Of a DNA stretch of 64,000 nt, positions 40,601-50,278 are shown piece by piece; the first letter of the stretch is position 1; each line of letters begins with the position of its first letter. Source of the DNA: Spirochaetia bacterium. Its GTDB lineage: Bacteria; Spirochaetota; Spirochaetia; DSM-2461. The notes beneath the pieces were generated by a model, which worked only from the letters and a program-made list of their open reading frames with translations, was not told where the DNA came from and did no database searches. The stretch is taken from NCBI GenBank assembly GCA_963668315.1, contig OY764216.1:3488001-3552000 (forward strand), in the 5' to 3' direction. The position numbers were made by a program, and so were the translations under genes.

Positions 40601-42205
40601 ATGCAAACGGCCATTATCAACGGGAAAATCGTGGACGGGAAGGGAAATCCCTCATTTTCCGGCGATATTATCATTGAAGGGGACAGAATCGTCCAAATCA
40701 TCCGGGAAGAAGAGAGAGAGAAGAAGAACATCGCCGCCGAAAGGATCATTGATGCCCGGGGCATGGTCGTGGCGCCCGGATTTATCGATTCCCACAGCCA
40801 CAGCGATCTCCAGATTCTCCTGAATCCCCTTCTTGAACCGAAAGTCAGGCAGGGGATTACAACGGAAATCCTGGGGCAGGACGGCGTGGCCATGGCCCCC
40901 CTTCCCCAAGCCTATATAGAGGACTGGCGCAAAAACATTGGCGGACTGGACGGAGACAGTGATGATTTCGACTGGACCTACGAAAGCGTTTCCGCCTATC
41001 TTGAACGGCTCGGAAGCAGTTCCGCCACGAGCAATTCAGCCTATCTCGTTCCCCACGGGAATATCCGTCTGGCCGTTATGGGCTTCTCGGAAGAGAAGGC
41101 CGGACCTTCCCAGATAGAGGCCATGTGCGGCGAAGTCCGCAAAGCCATGGAAGCGGGCTGCGTGGGCCTTTCCTCCGGGCTGATTTATATTCCCTGTGCC
41201 TACGGTTCCACGGAAGAGCTTATCGCCATGTGCAAGGTCGTCGCCGAATACGATGGAATCTTTGTCGTCCATCAGAGAAGCGAAGCCAACAGCATCTTGC
41301 CTTCCATGGATGAAATTATCACCATAGGCAGGGAGAGCGGCGTGAGAATCCACTTCTCCCATATAAAAATCTGCGGCAGGAACAACTGGGACAAGATTGA
41401 CCGGGTTCTGGGAAAAATAGACCGGGCCGGGGAAGAGGGAATCAAAGTTTCCTTCGATATGTATCCCTATACGGCGGGCAGCACCATGCTGAGCGCCCTT
41501 CTGCCTCCCTGGGTTCATGGGGGCGGGACGGCAAAGATGCTGGAACGGCTTAAATCGGAAAGTGAACGGGAAAAAATACGGGCCGCCGTTTCCGAAAAGA
41601 ACGCTTCCTGGGACAACTTTATCGAATTCGCCGGATATGACGGAATTTATATAACGAGCGTTACCACCGAAGGAAATCAGTACACCGTGGGAAAAAACCT
41701 GACGGAAATCGGCGAAATAAGAGAGACGAGTCCCCTGGATGCGGTATTTGATCTTCTGATAGAGGAAGATAACCATGTGGGGATGATCGATTATTACGGC
41801 TACGAGAAGCATCTGGAACTTTTCTGCCGCCGGGATGAGATGTCCGTCTGCACCGACGGTTTGATGGGGGGGAAAGCCCATCCCCGCGCCTATGGGGCTT
41901 TCCCCCGGGTCATTTCCCAGTTTGTCAGGAAAAAGGGGATCCTCACCCTGGAAGAAGCGGTTAAGCGGATGACCTATAATCCGGCCCGCAATTTCCGTCT
42001 TGCCGGAAGAGGATGCCTCGAAGAGAAGGCCTTTGCCGATATTGTCATCTTTGATCCGGACGATTTCCAGGACATCGGGGATTATGTGAATTCCCACCGT
42101 TTTCCCTCGGGACTCTTCCATGTGATGGTAAACGGGGAAACCCTCTATGACGGGCAGGACTATTATCCCGAAGGTCAGGGCCGTGTGCTCCTGCGGGAAA
42201 TGTAA
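40601..42205 (+). CDS. N-acyl-D-amino-acid deacylase (D-aminoacylase)-family amidohydrolase
   Basis: PGFIDSHSHSD, QGITTE, SSGLIY.P, SHIK, DMYPYTAGST, HPRAYGAFPR. Confidence 0.88.
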   Translation: MQTAIINGKIVDGKGNPSFSGDIIIEGDRIVQIIREEEREKKNIAAERIIDARGMVVAPGFIDSHSHSDLQILLNPLLEPKVRQGITTEILGQDGVAMAPLPQAYIEDWRKNIGGLDGDSDDFDWTYESVSAYLERLGSSSATSNSAYLVPHGNIRLAVMGFSEEKAGPSQIEAMCGEVRKAMEAGCVGLSSGLIYIPCAYGSTEELIAMCKVVAEYDGIFVVHQRSEANSILPSMDEIITIGRESGVRIHFSHIKICGRNNWDKIDRVLGKIDRAGEEGIKVSFDMYPYTAGSTMLSALLPPWVHGGGTAKMLERLKSESEREKIRAAVSEKNASWDNFIEFAGYDGIYITSVTTEGNQYTVGKNLTEIGEIRETSPLDAVFDLLIEEDNHVGMIDYYGYEKHLELFCRRDEMSVCTDGLMGGKAHPRAYGAFPRVISQFVRKKGILTLEEAVKRMTYNPARNFRLAGRGCLEEKAFADIVIFDPDDFQDIGDYVNSHRFPSGLFHVMVNGETLYDGQDYYPEGQGRVLLREM

Positions 42206-42246
42206 TGCTATAATGAAAGAGAAAAAAGACATAAGATAAGGAAAGT

Positions 42247-43335
42247 ATGATGAAATTACACACTACCATAGGCGGAATGGATTTTAAAAACCCCCTTCTG
42301 CCCGCATCCGGTCCGCTGGTCGGAGACAAGGAAAAAATGATGGAATTGTACCGCCTGGGAGTCGGCGGAATGGTCAGCAAAACCATCTCTCTGGAAGCGG
42401 CCCAGGTCCCCCGGCCCTGTATCAGCTCGGGGAAAAACTTCATAACCAATGCCGAACTCTGGTCGGAATACCCCATGGAGATGTGGAAGGACGAAATTCT
42501 TCCCTCCCTCAAGCCGGAACTGGATATTCCCCTCCTGGTCAGTGTGGGCTACACGAAATCGGACATGACAGGACTGATTCCCGCCCTGGAACCTTTCGCC
42601 GACGGGTTTGAAGTCTCCACCCACTATGTGGGCAAGGATCTCTCGGTCATCAGGGAAACGGTCAGAACGATCCGGTCTCTCACGGAGAAGCCCTTTTTTA
42701 TGAAAGTATCCCCCCATATGCCCGATCCGGTGGCCTTCTGCGAAATGGTTATGGAAAACGGCGGGAACGGGATTGTCGCCATCAACTCCCTGGGCCCGGC
42801 CATGTCCATCGACTTGAAGAGCCGTTCCGTGGCCATGGGAAACGGACAGGGGGAATCCTGGATGTCCGGTCCGGCCATCAAACCCATCGCCCTCGCTTTC
42901 ATCTCACGGATTAAAAGGGCCATCCCCGAATGTGAGATCTTCGGTGTGGGGGGGATTGCCTCGGCCGACGACGTCATCGAGTTCCTTCTCGCCGGTGCCA
43001 GCGCCGTACAGATGCTGTCGGGCGCCATGCTTTATGGGGTGGATCTTTACCGTAAGATTATTGAAGCTCTCCCGGGAAGGCTGGAGCATTACGGTTTTTC
43101 CTCCGTAAAGGATGTTGTCGACACCGATCTGATCATTCCGGAAATCGCCTACAAAAAGCATATGCCCGACATTGACGGGGAGAGGTGTCTGCTCTGCAAC
43201 CGATGCGTTAAAGTCTGTCCCTACAGAGCATTAAGCCATCAGGACAGGGGGATTGTTCTTGCCGAAGAGAAATGCTTCGGCTGTACTCTCTGCCAGTCGA
43301 TCTGTCCGGTGAACGCGATAGACTGTAAAGTTTGA
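42247..43335 (+). CDS. Dihydroorotate/dihydropyrimidine dehydrogenase (PreA-like) FMN protein with C-terminal 2x[4Fe-4S]
   Basis: KNPLLPASGP, SKTIS, MKVSP, AINS, SGPAIKPIAL, GVGGI, AGASAVQ; two CxxCxxCxxxCP motifs; the usual NxSCPN loop reads EVSTHY. Confidence 0.8.
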   Translation: MMKLHTTIGGMDFKNPLLPASGPLVGDKEKMMELYRLGVGGMVSKTISLEAAQVPRPCISSGKNFITNAELWSEYPMEMWKDEILPSLKPELDIPLLVSVGYTKSDMTGLIPALEPFADGFEVSTHYVGKDLSVIRETVRTIRSLTEKPFFMKVSPHMPDPVAFCEMVMENGGNGIVAINSLGPAMSIDLKSRSVAMGNGQGESWMSGPAIKPIALAFISRIKRAIPECEIFGVGGIASADDVIEFLLAGASAVQMLSGAMLYGVDLYRKIIEALPGRLEHYGFSSVKDVVDTDLIIPEIAYKKHMPDIDGERCLLCNRCVKVCPYRALSHQDRGIVLAEEKCFGCTLCQSICPVNAIDCKV

Positions 43336-43355
43336 AGAAATATTGCGGCAACCCT

Positions 43356-43404
43356 TTGCCATAAAAAGTGATTAGTGCTATTATACATATTTAATAGCAC
43401 TAAA
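43356..43404 (+). promoter_or_regulatory. Internal promoter with perfect 12-bp inverted-repeat operator
   Basis: TTGCCA-17nt-(TGc)TATTAT; TTAGTGCTATTA-tacatatt-TAATAGCACTAA at 43372-43403. Confidence 0.75.
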
Positions 43405-43421
43405 CAAAAAGGGGAGATGAT

Positions 43422-45584
43422 ATGGGGAAATGCCTGGATATGAAATCCACCGCCGCATCTGTCATAAAAACAGATCATTCAGAAAAATGTGACGGTTCCC
43501 TGGTGTATCTTAATGACAGAAGGGATGAATATCTCTTCGGCAGGCTTTACCGTTCGGGAGAAGCGGCCGCAGAGATTCTCTCCTATACTCTCCCCGAGCT
43601 TCCCGAGGGGTATTATATCATCGGCGCAAAGGATATCCGGGAAAAGAATGTCGTGAAAATCGTCGTGGATGACCAGCCCGTCTTTGCCGATAAACGGGTT
43701 ACCTATATCGGCGAACCTATTTTCCTGATAGCCGGCAAGGACCGGGAAATCATTCAGAAAATCCACGATTCCATCGTTATCGAATATAAAAAAATCCCCC
43801 CCCTGTTCGATTTTGAAAGCCGGTGCGACCGCGGGATCTCCCACATGGTCAGTTATCATCTGGGGGCAAAACGGGAAGACGTCCTGGAGCTGGAAAAGAA
43901 GGCCTTCACGGTTAAAACCGAAGAGTTCCGGACCCCTCTTCAGGAGCATGTCTACCTGGAGCCCCAGGCCGTTATGGGCTATATAGACGGGGAGGGCCGT
44001 GTTACGGTGGAAGGGAGCATGCAGTGCCCCTACTATGTGAAGAACGCCGTCATGGCTATTCTGGGACTGTCGGAGGAAAGGGTACGCGTCATTCAGACTC
44101 CCACGGGGGGAGCCTTCGGAGGCAAGGAGGATTACCCCTCCCTCATCGCCTGCCAGGTCGCCGTCGCCGCTTCGGTTATCGGTAAACCGGTCCTTCTCTC
44201 CTTTGACCGTCATGAGGATATGTCCTATACCACCAAGCGTCATCCGTCCCTTGTCCGTTACCGCACATCCCTCGATGAGGGGGGCAGCATCCTGGGCATG
44301 AGCATCGAGGTGTTTCTGGACGGGGGAGCCAATGAGGGTCTCAGTTCCGTTGTTCTCCAGCGGGCCCTGATCAACTGTATCGGTGTGTACTCCCTTCCTC
44401 TTGTCTATGCCGAGGGACACGTGGTGTTTACCAACAATGTACCCAACGGCGCCTTCCGGGGGTTCGGAGCGCCTCAGACCATTGCCTCCCTGGAAGCCCA
44501 CATGGCCCATATCGCCCGCGATTTTTCCCGGGATCCCCTGGAATACAAAAAGGCTTATGTCGTTTCCCAGGGTGATAGATCGGTAACGGGAGGCATTTTC
44601 CGGGATCCCGTCCTGGTGTCGGAAATGATTAAAGATGTTAAGAGCCGAGTCCGTTACGATGAAAAGAAAAGGGAATTCGCCCTTTTCAACCGGGAGAACC
44701 CCCGTTACAGAAAAGGCATCGGGACCTCGCTTTTTCTTCACGGATGCGGATTCACCGGCAGCGGAGAGAGGGACCACATCAAAGCGGTCGTCCGCCTGGA
44801 AAAGGATGAACGGGACGAAGTGATCATCAGAATCGCCAATGTCGATATGGGGCAGGGGCTTTTCACCACCATGAGTAAAATCGTCGGGGACACCCTGGGT
44901 GTGGATTACAGAACGATCCGCTTTCCCTATCCCGATACACTCTACGCACCCAACTCCGGGCCGACCGTGGCCTCCCGAACCATTATGATCGTGGGAAAAA
45001 TTCTGGAAAGAGCGGCCCTGCGCCTTAAGGACAACTGGAAGTCCGGAGAGAAGCAGGTCATCATCGAGCACTATGTCCACGATGAATCGGCCCTTCCCTG
45101 GGATGAGAAAAGTTTCACCGGCGATGCTTATCCGGCCTACTCCTGGGGGGTTAATATGACCGAGGTGACCGTGGACACCCTGACAGGACATATCGATATA
45201 GACCATATCGATGCCTCCTATGATATTGGAAAAGCCATTGACGAACGGATTATCCGCGGGCAGATTGACGGTGGGGTCGCCCAGAGTACAGCCTACGCTT
45301 ACCTGGAGAATATGGAAAACAGTGAGGGAATCATCCTGCAGAAAAGTATTTCCGATTACGGTCCCCCCACCTCCATGGACGTTTCCCCCATCGAGAGCCA
45401 TCTTTATGACAACCCCTATAAGGACGGCCCCATGGGAGCCAAGGGAGCCGGCGAGCTGACGTTTATCGGGGGAGCGCCCGCCGTTCAGGGAGCCGTGGAG
45501 GATGCCCTGGAAATCCCCCTATACCGTCTGCCCCTGACTCCGGAATACATACTGGACGTTCTCAGCAACCGGGAGGAGAATTAA
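43422..45584 (+). CDS. Xanthine dehydrogenase-family molybdopterin-binding subunit
   Basis: QEHVYLEP, GGAFGGK, AFRGFGAPQ, DMGQG, TVASR, AKGAGE. Confidence 0.93.
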   Translation: MGKCLDMKSTAASVIKTDHSEKCDGSLVYLNDRRDEYLFGRLYRSGEAAAEILSYTLPELPEGYYIIGAKDIREKNVVKIVVDDQPVFADKRVTYIGEPIFLIAGKDREIIQKIHDSIVIEYKKIPPLFDFESRCDRGISHMVSYHLGAKREDVLELEKKAFTVKTEEFRTPLQEHVYLEPQAVMGYIDGEGRVTVEGSMQCPYYVKNAVMAILGLSEERVRVIQTPTGGAFGGKEDYPSLIACQVAVAASVIGKPVLLSFDRHEDMSYTTKRHPSLVRYRTSLDEGGSILGMSIEVFLDGGANEGLSSVVLQRALINCIGVYSLPLVYAEGHVVFTNNVPNGAFRGFGAPQTIASLEAHMAHIARDFSRDPLEYKKAYVVSQGDRSVTGGIFRDPVLVSEMIKDVKSRVRYDEKKREFALFNRENPRYRKGIGTSLFLHGCGFTGSGERDHIKAVVRLEKDERDEVIIRIANVDMGQGLFTTMSKIVGDTLGVDYRTIRFPYPDTLYAPNSGPTVASRTIMIVGKILERAALRLKDNWKSGEKQVIIEHYVHDESALPWDEKSFTGDAYPAYSWGVNMTEVTVDTLTGHIDIDHIDASYDIGKAIDERIIRGQIDGGVAQSTAYAYLENMENSEGIILQKSISDYGPPTSMDVSPIESHLYDNPYKDGPMGAKGAGELTFIGGAPAVQGAVEDALEIPLYRLPLTPEYILDVLSNREEN

Positions 45585-45585
45585 G

Positions 45586-46053
45586 ATGATATCTTTTATA
45601 TTGAATAACGAGGCTGTCACCGTTGACAAGCCGGCGGCCACGCCGCTCTTGCAGATTCTGCGCAGTGAATTCGCCTTGATGGGATCAAAGGAGGGGTGCG
45701 GTGACGGTGAATGCGGCGCCTGCAGCGTTCTTATCGACAACCGCCTGCATACCAGCTGTATCTATCCCCTGGGCAATGCGTCGGGAAAGAGCATCCTGAC
45801 GATTGAGGGATTCAGCCATACGGATCAGTTCAAATGTCTCGATGACGCCTTCGCCCGGTGCGGGGCGGTGCAGTGCGGATTCTGCACGCCCGGGATGATA
45901 CTGGCCTCCCAGGCCCTGCTGGTAAAGAATCCCGATCCTTCCCTCGATGAAGTGAAAGAGGCCCTATCGGGTAACCTCTGCCGCTGCACCGGTTACAATA
46001 TGATTTTCGAAGCGGTCCTTCTGGCGGCTAAGGAGGGAAAGGGCTTATGGTAG
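45586..46053 (+). CDS. Xanthine dehydrogenase-family 2x[2Fe-2S] subunit
   Basis: KEGCGDGECGAC, QCGFCTPG, NLCRCTGY. Confidence 0.95.
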   Translation: MISFILNNEAVTVDKPAATPLLQILRSEFALMGSKEGCGDGECGACSVLIDNRLHTSCIYPLGNASGKSILTIEGFSHTDQFKCLDDAFARCGAVQCGFCTPGMILASQALLVKNPDPSLDEVKEALSGNLCRCTGYNMIFEAVLLAAKEGKGLW

Positions 46054-46901
46054 AATACAGACCGGCCTCTCTTCAGGAGGCGCTGAAAATCGCTTCCCAA
46101 GAGAAAGTCACCCCCCTGGCGGGAGGAACGGATCTCATGGTCCGGTTCAAGTCTCCCTTCAAGAAAGAGGCGTGTATAGAAAAACCGCTGTTCCTGGGAG
46201 AACTGTCTGAAATGAAGGGGATCTGCAGGGAAAAGGGATTTCTCATGATAGGCGCCGGGGAGACGCTGTCCTGCCTCTCCTCCCGTCCGGAGATACCCCC
46301 CGTTTTCAGAGAGGCCCTCTCCCAGATTGGGTCGCCGGCCATACGGAATCAGGGGACTTTGGGAGGTAACATCTGCAATGCCTCTCCCGCGGGCGATTCT
46401 CTTCCCCTTCTGTATCTGTTTAAAGCCGATATGGTTCTGGTTTCCTCCACCGGGGAACGCATCGTTCCTCTGGCCGATTTTATCACCGGTCCGGGGCGGA
46501 CCGTCAGGGAAGAGGGGGAACTTCTCTGGAAAATAAGAATAGGGGAGGAGTACCTTTCCGATAAATATTTTTATATTTTCGAAAAGATGGGGAACAGAAA
46601 GGCCGATGCCATTTCCAAGGCCTCCTTTGCCCTGAGGCTCTCTCTGGAAAGGGGAAAAATTATTGATATGGACGCGGCTTTCGGAGCCATGGGCCCGAAA
46701 GTGACCCTTCTGAACGATGAAATCAGGCAGCTTTTCCTGGGGCGGGACTATCCTCTTTCCGATCTGGACGGATCGGCCCTCAGGGAAAAGCTCTACCGTC
46801 TGCTGACACCCATAGACGACCAGAGGTCCACGGCGGATTACAGAAGGCGGGTGGCTCTCAATCTTCTCTCCTTCCATATGACTACGGATCAGAAAAAATA
46901 A
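46047..46901 (+). CDS. Xanthine dehydrogenase-family FAD-binding subunit
   Basis: AGGTDL, IRNQGTLGGNICNASPAGD, PIDDQRSTADYR. Confidence 0.93.
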   Translation: MVEYRPASLQEALKIASQEKVTPLAGGTDLMVRFKSPFKKEACIEKPLFLGELSEMKGICREKGFLMIGAGETLSCLSSRPEIPPVFREALSQIGSPAIRNQGTLGGNICNASPAGDSLPLLYLFKADMVLVSSTGERIVPLADFITGPGRTVREEGELLWKIRIGEEYLSDKYFYIFEKMGNRKADAISKASFALRLSLERGKIIDMDAAFGAMGPKVTLLNDEIRQLFLGRDYPLSDLDGSALREKLYRLLTPIDDQRSTADYRRRVALNLLSFHMTTDQKK

Positions 46902-46920
46902 ACAGGCCAGGTGACAATAT

Positions 46921-49647
46921 ATGAAAACCATTACATGCAGGATTAACGGAAAACAGATAGAAGCTCAGGTTGAACAGAAAGAGAGGCTCCTCAACTATCT
47001 ACGGGAGGAACTCGGCCTCATGGGCAGCAAAAACGGCTGCGGAACCGGCCATTGCGGAACCTGTACCGTCATCATTGACGGTCAGGCCAAACGCTCCTGT
47101 GCGGTCACCATGGCTTCCTGCGAGGGAAAATCCATCGAAACCATTGAATCCCTCGGTTCGGAGGACAAGCTTCACCCCCTGCAGTACGCCTTTATCGAAG
47201 AAGGCGCCGTCCAGTGCGGTTTCTGTACACCGGGGATGATTATGGCATCCAAGGCTCTGCTGGACAGTAATCTTTCCCCCTCAGAAGAGGAGATCCGCCA
47301 TGCCCTGAGGCATAATATATGCCGCTGTACCGGTTACGAGGCCATCTTCCGGGCCGTGAGAAAAGCGGCGGCCATTATGCGCGGCGAAGAGGCCTATGAG
47401 GCGCCCCGTTTTGACCGGGGCAGTTATATCGGTACCAATGTTCCGAAGAAAGACGGTATGGCGAAAGTTCTGGGGGCGCCCATCTTCGCCGACGATCTCA
47501 AGGAACGGGATATGCTCTACGGAGTCCCCCTCTTCAGCGAATATGCCCACGCCGAAATTCTCTCCATCCGAACGGAGGAAGCCGCCGCACAGGAGGGTGT
47601 GGTAAAAGTCGCCACCTATGAAGACGTGCCGGGAATCAACAAGTTCGGTCTCTTTGTTCCCCAGCAGCCCGTTCTCTGCCGTGACAAGGTGAAATATTTT
47701 GGCGATGTGGTCGCCTGCGTCTATGCAAAGACTAAGGAAGCGGCAAGGAAAGCCGCAGCCCTGATCCGTGTTGAATATCGGCCCCTGACTCCCCTTATCG
47801 ATGCGGAGGAGAACATCAAAGACGGGGCGGAACTCATCCATGAGGGAAGCGAGAATAATATCGTCCACCATGTCAGCGTCCGCAAGGGCGACGTGGAGCA
47901 GGGTTTTGCCGAAGCCGATGTGGTCATAGAAAATGTCTACCAGACCCAGGCCGTGGAACATGCCTATCTGGAACCGGAATCCTGCCTGACCAGAATGGAG
48001 GAGGGCGTCCTGACCCTTTATTCGGGGAGCCAGGGTTCTTTCGCCTATAAAAAGATGATTCAGGAGAACCTGAACCTCTCCGACGAAAAGGTCCGGGTCG
48101 TTTTCATGGCGACCGGAGGCGGATTCGGCGGCAAGGAGGAGCCTACCATTCAGATTCTCGCGTCCCTGGGAACCCTACTTACGGGAAAAACGGTGAAAAT
48201 GGTCATGACCAGGGAAGAATCCATCAGGATGAGCACCAAGCGGCATCCCATGAAGATATGGATGAAGCACGGCATCACGAAGGACGGTCGCATTACCGCC
48301 ATGAGTTCCAAAGTGATCGGGGACGCCGGCGCCTACGTCTCTCAGACTAATCCGGTCATTTTCCGTTCCGCCGTCACCGCCTCCGGCCCCTATCGGGTGG
48401 ACAGGGTGAAAGCCGATTCCTACGGCGTCTATACCCATAAGAATCCCCACGGGGCCTTCCGGGGATTCGGAAGCACCCAGGCGAGTTTTGCCTGTGAGAG
48501 CCAGATGGACCAGCTGGCCGCCGCCATCGGTATGGATCCCTATACGCTGCGTGAAATCAACGGTTTCGCCCGGGGGGGGGAGACTAGTACGGGGCAGCTC
48601 CTTAAAGACGGGGTGGGGTACCTGGATACCCTGAAGGATGCCCATCGGGGACTTCTGAAAATGAAGGAGGAATTTACTCCTCTGGATCGGCCGGAACATA
48701 TCAAGCTGGGATTCGGTATAGCCAGCGCCTATAAAAACGTGGGCATCGGTACGGGGCTGGCGGACAAGGCGGGAGCCTATGTGGAGATTACAGACAAGGG
48801 CCGCATACTCGTGAGCATCGGAGCGACCGATATGGGGCAGGGCGTGGATACACTCTGCGCCCAGATTGCCGGAAGCGTCCTTGACGTGCCCTATGGCCTG
48901 ATAGACGTTATCGCCTGCGATACCCTGACCTGTCCCGACGGAGGTATGACCACCGCCTCAAGGCAGACCTATGTCACGGGAAATGCGGTGAAGGAAGCCG
49001 CCATGATGCTCAGGGATAACCTCTCTCCCTACCTTAAGAAACTGGATTCCGTTGGAACGGAAGATCTGGTCCGGATCTACGATCAGGCGGGGAAAGACGG
49101 AATCAAACGGAAAATAGAACACGATTATTACCCCCCGAAGACCTACGCCCACAGAAGCGATGCGAACGTTAAGGAAGGGGAGGACCGTTCCACCTACGAC
49201 ATCCATTACTCCTACTGCTTCGCTTCGGCGGCCGTAGCCCTGGAAGTGAACAAGATGACGGGAGAAGTGAAAGTACTCAAGGTCTATGCCTCCCAGGACG
49301 TGGGCAAAGCGATAAATCCCAAGAACGTCATTGGCCAGATTGAGGGCGCCGTTGCCATGGGTGTCGGCCTGGGGCTGAGTGAGGAATTTGTGGTGGACGG
49401 CGAGAAAATCCACAATAAAAACCTCCGTTCCCTGGGGCTGCTGACAAGCGTGACCATGCCGCCCGTGGTGGCAAGTTACGTGGAGGAGCCCCAGCTGGAA
49501 GGTCCCTTCGGTGCCAAAGGCATGGGGGAAGTCGGACTGAATCCCGTGGCTCCTGCCATAGCCAACGCCATTGACGACGCCATCGGCATACGGTTCACGC
49601 ACCTTCCGATAAAACCGGAGAAAATATTACAGGCCCTGAACGGTTGA
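46921..49647 (+). CDS. Fused [2Fe-2S]-molybdopterin hydroxylase (architecture of Se-dependent XDH / aldehyde oxidoreductase)
   Basis: N-terminal GCGTGHCGTC, QCGFC, CRCTGY; HAYLEPE, GGGFGGKE, AFRGFG, TTASRQ, AKGMGE. Confidence 0.92.
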   Translation: MKTITCRINGKQIEAQVEQKERLLNYLREELGLMGSKNGCGTGHCGTCTVIIDGQAKRSCAVTMASCEGKSIETIESLGSEDKLHPLQYAFIEEGAVQCGFCTPGMIMASKALLDSNLSPSEEEIRHALRHNICRCTGYEAIFRAVRKAAAIMRGEEAYEAPRFDRGSYIGTNVPKKDGMAKVLGAPIFADDLKERDMLYGVPLFSEYAHAEILSIRTEEAAAQEGVVKVATYEDVPGINKFGLFVPQQPVLCRDKVKYFGDVVACVYAKTKEAARKAAALIRVEYRPLTPLIDAEENIKDGAELIHEGSENNIVHHVSVRKGDVEQGFAEADVVIENVYQTQAVEHAYLEPESCLTRMEEGVLTLYSGSQGSFAYKKMIQENLNLSDEKVRVVFMATGGGFGGKEEPTIQILASLGTLLTGKTVKMVMTREESIRMSTKRHPMKIWMKHGITKDGRITAMSSKVIGDAGAYVSQTNPVIFRSAVTASGPYRVDRVKADSYGVYTHKNPHGAFRGFGSTQASFACESQMDQLAAAIGMDPYTLREINGFARGGETSTGQLLKDGVGYLDTLKDAHRGLLKMKEEFTPLDRPEHIKLGFGIASAYKNVGIGTGLADKAGAYVEITDKGRILVSIGATDMGQGVDTLCAQIAGSVLDVPYGLIDVIACDTLTCPDGGMTTASRQTYVTGNAVKEAAMMLRDNLSPYLKKLDSVGTEDLVRIYDQAGKDGIKRKIEHDYYPPKTYAHRSDANVKEGEDRSTYDIHYSYCFASAAVALEVNKMTGEVKVLKVYASQDVGKAINPKNVIGQIEGAVAMGVGLGLSEEFVVDGEKIHNKNLRSLGLLTSVTMPPVVASYVEEPQLEGPFGAKGMGEVGLNPVAPAIANAIDDAIGIRFTHLPIKPEKILQALNG

Positions 49648-49675
49648 TAACCGGAAGGCAGACAGGATAAGGACA

Positions 49676-50212
49676 ATGCTGGGAAAAAAGATCAAAGAAA
49701 AGAGAATGGAACTCGGAATGAGCCAGAGACAGCTGGCGGAAATGACCGATCTGACGCCGGGCTTTCTCAGCCAGATTGAAAGGGATCTGGCCGAGCCCTC
49801 CATCACGTCACTGCGGAAAATCGCGAAAGCCCTGAATGTGGCGGTTTTCTACTTTCTCATGAATGACGACGAAAAGAAGATCGTGGTGAAGAAAGACGAG
49901 AGGCAGAAACTGAATTTCCATAACTCCCACATGACCTATGAGCTGCTTTCCCCCGATCTTAACCGGCAGATGGAAATGTTCATGGGCGAACTTGAACCGG
50001 GCGCCATGACCTGTGAGGAGCCCCTGACCCATCCCGGCGAAGAGGTAACCCACGTATTGCAGGGAGAGATGTGGATCAAGGTGGGGGATGACGAATATTC
50101 CCTGGAACAGGGGGATACCATCTATTACCAGGGGAATATCCCCCATCAGATAAAGAATACCGGTTCCGGCATGATGGTCTTTATCTCAACCATCACCCCT
50201 CCCTTATTCTAG
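49676..50212 (+). CDS. XRE-HTH plus cupin transcriptional regulator
   Basis: SQRQLAE..FLSQIER..PSITSL HTH; cupin H.GEE..VLQG, GDTIYY, PH. Confidence 0.92.
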   Translation: MLGKKIKEKRMELGMSQRQLAEMTDLTPGFLSQIERDLAEPSITSLRKIAKALNVAVFYFLMNDDEKKIVVKKDERQKLNFHNSHMTYELLSPDLNRQMEMFMGELEPGAMTCEEPLTHPGEEVTHVLQGEMWIKVGDDEYSLEQGDTIYYQGNIPHQIKNTGSGMMVFISTITPPLF

Positions 50213-50278
50213 GGCAGACAGGCCGCTGCCCCTATTAACAAGAAGTCATTTAATAGCAATATAAAAGGAGAAAGTATT

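Noticed and set aside
43479..45401. 640-aa - strand ORF (similarly 50246-51835, 15477-16772, 21241-22473, 32587-33738, 41036-42232)
   Set aside because: Antisense to clear genes; expected from GC-rich codon bias
43422..49650. Selenocysteine read-through in the Mo-hydroxylase genes
   Set aside because: The ORFs are full length without internal TGA; the terminal TGA at 49647 is followed immediately by TAA
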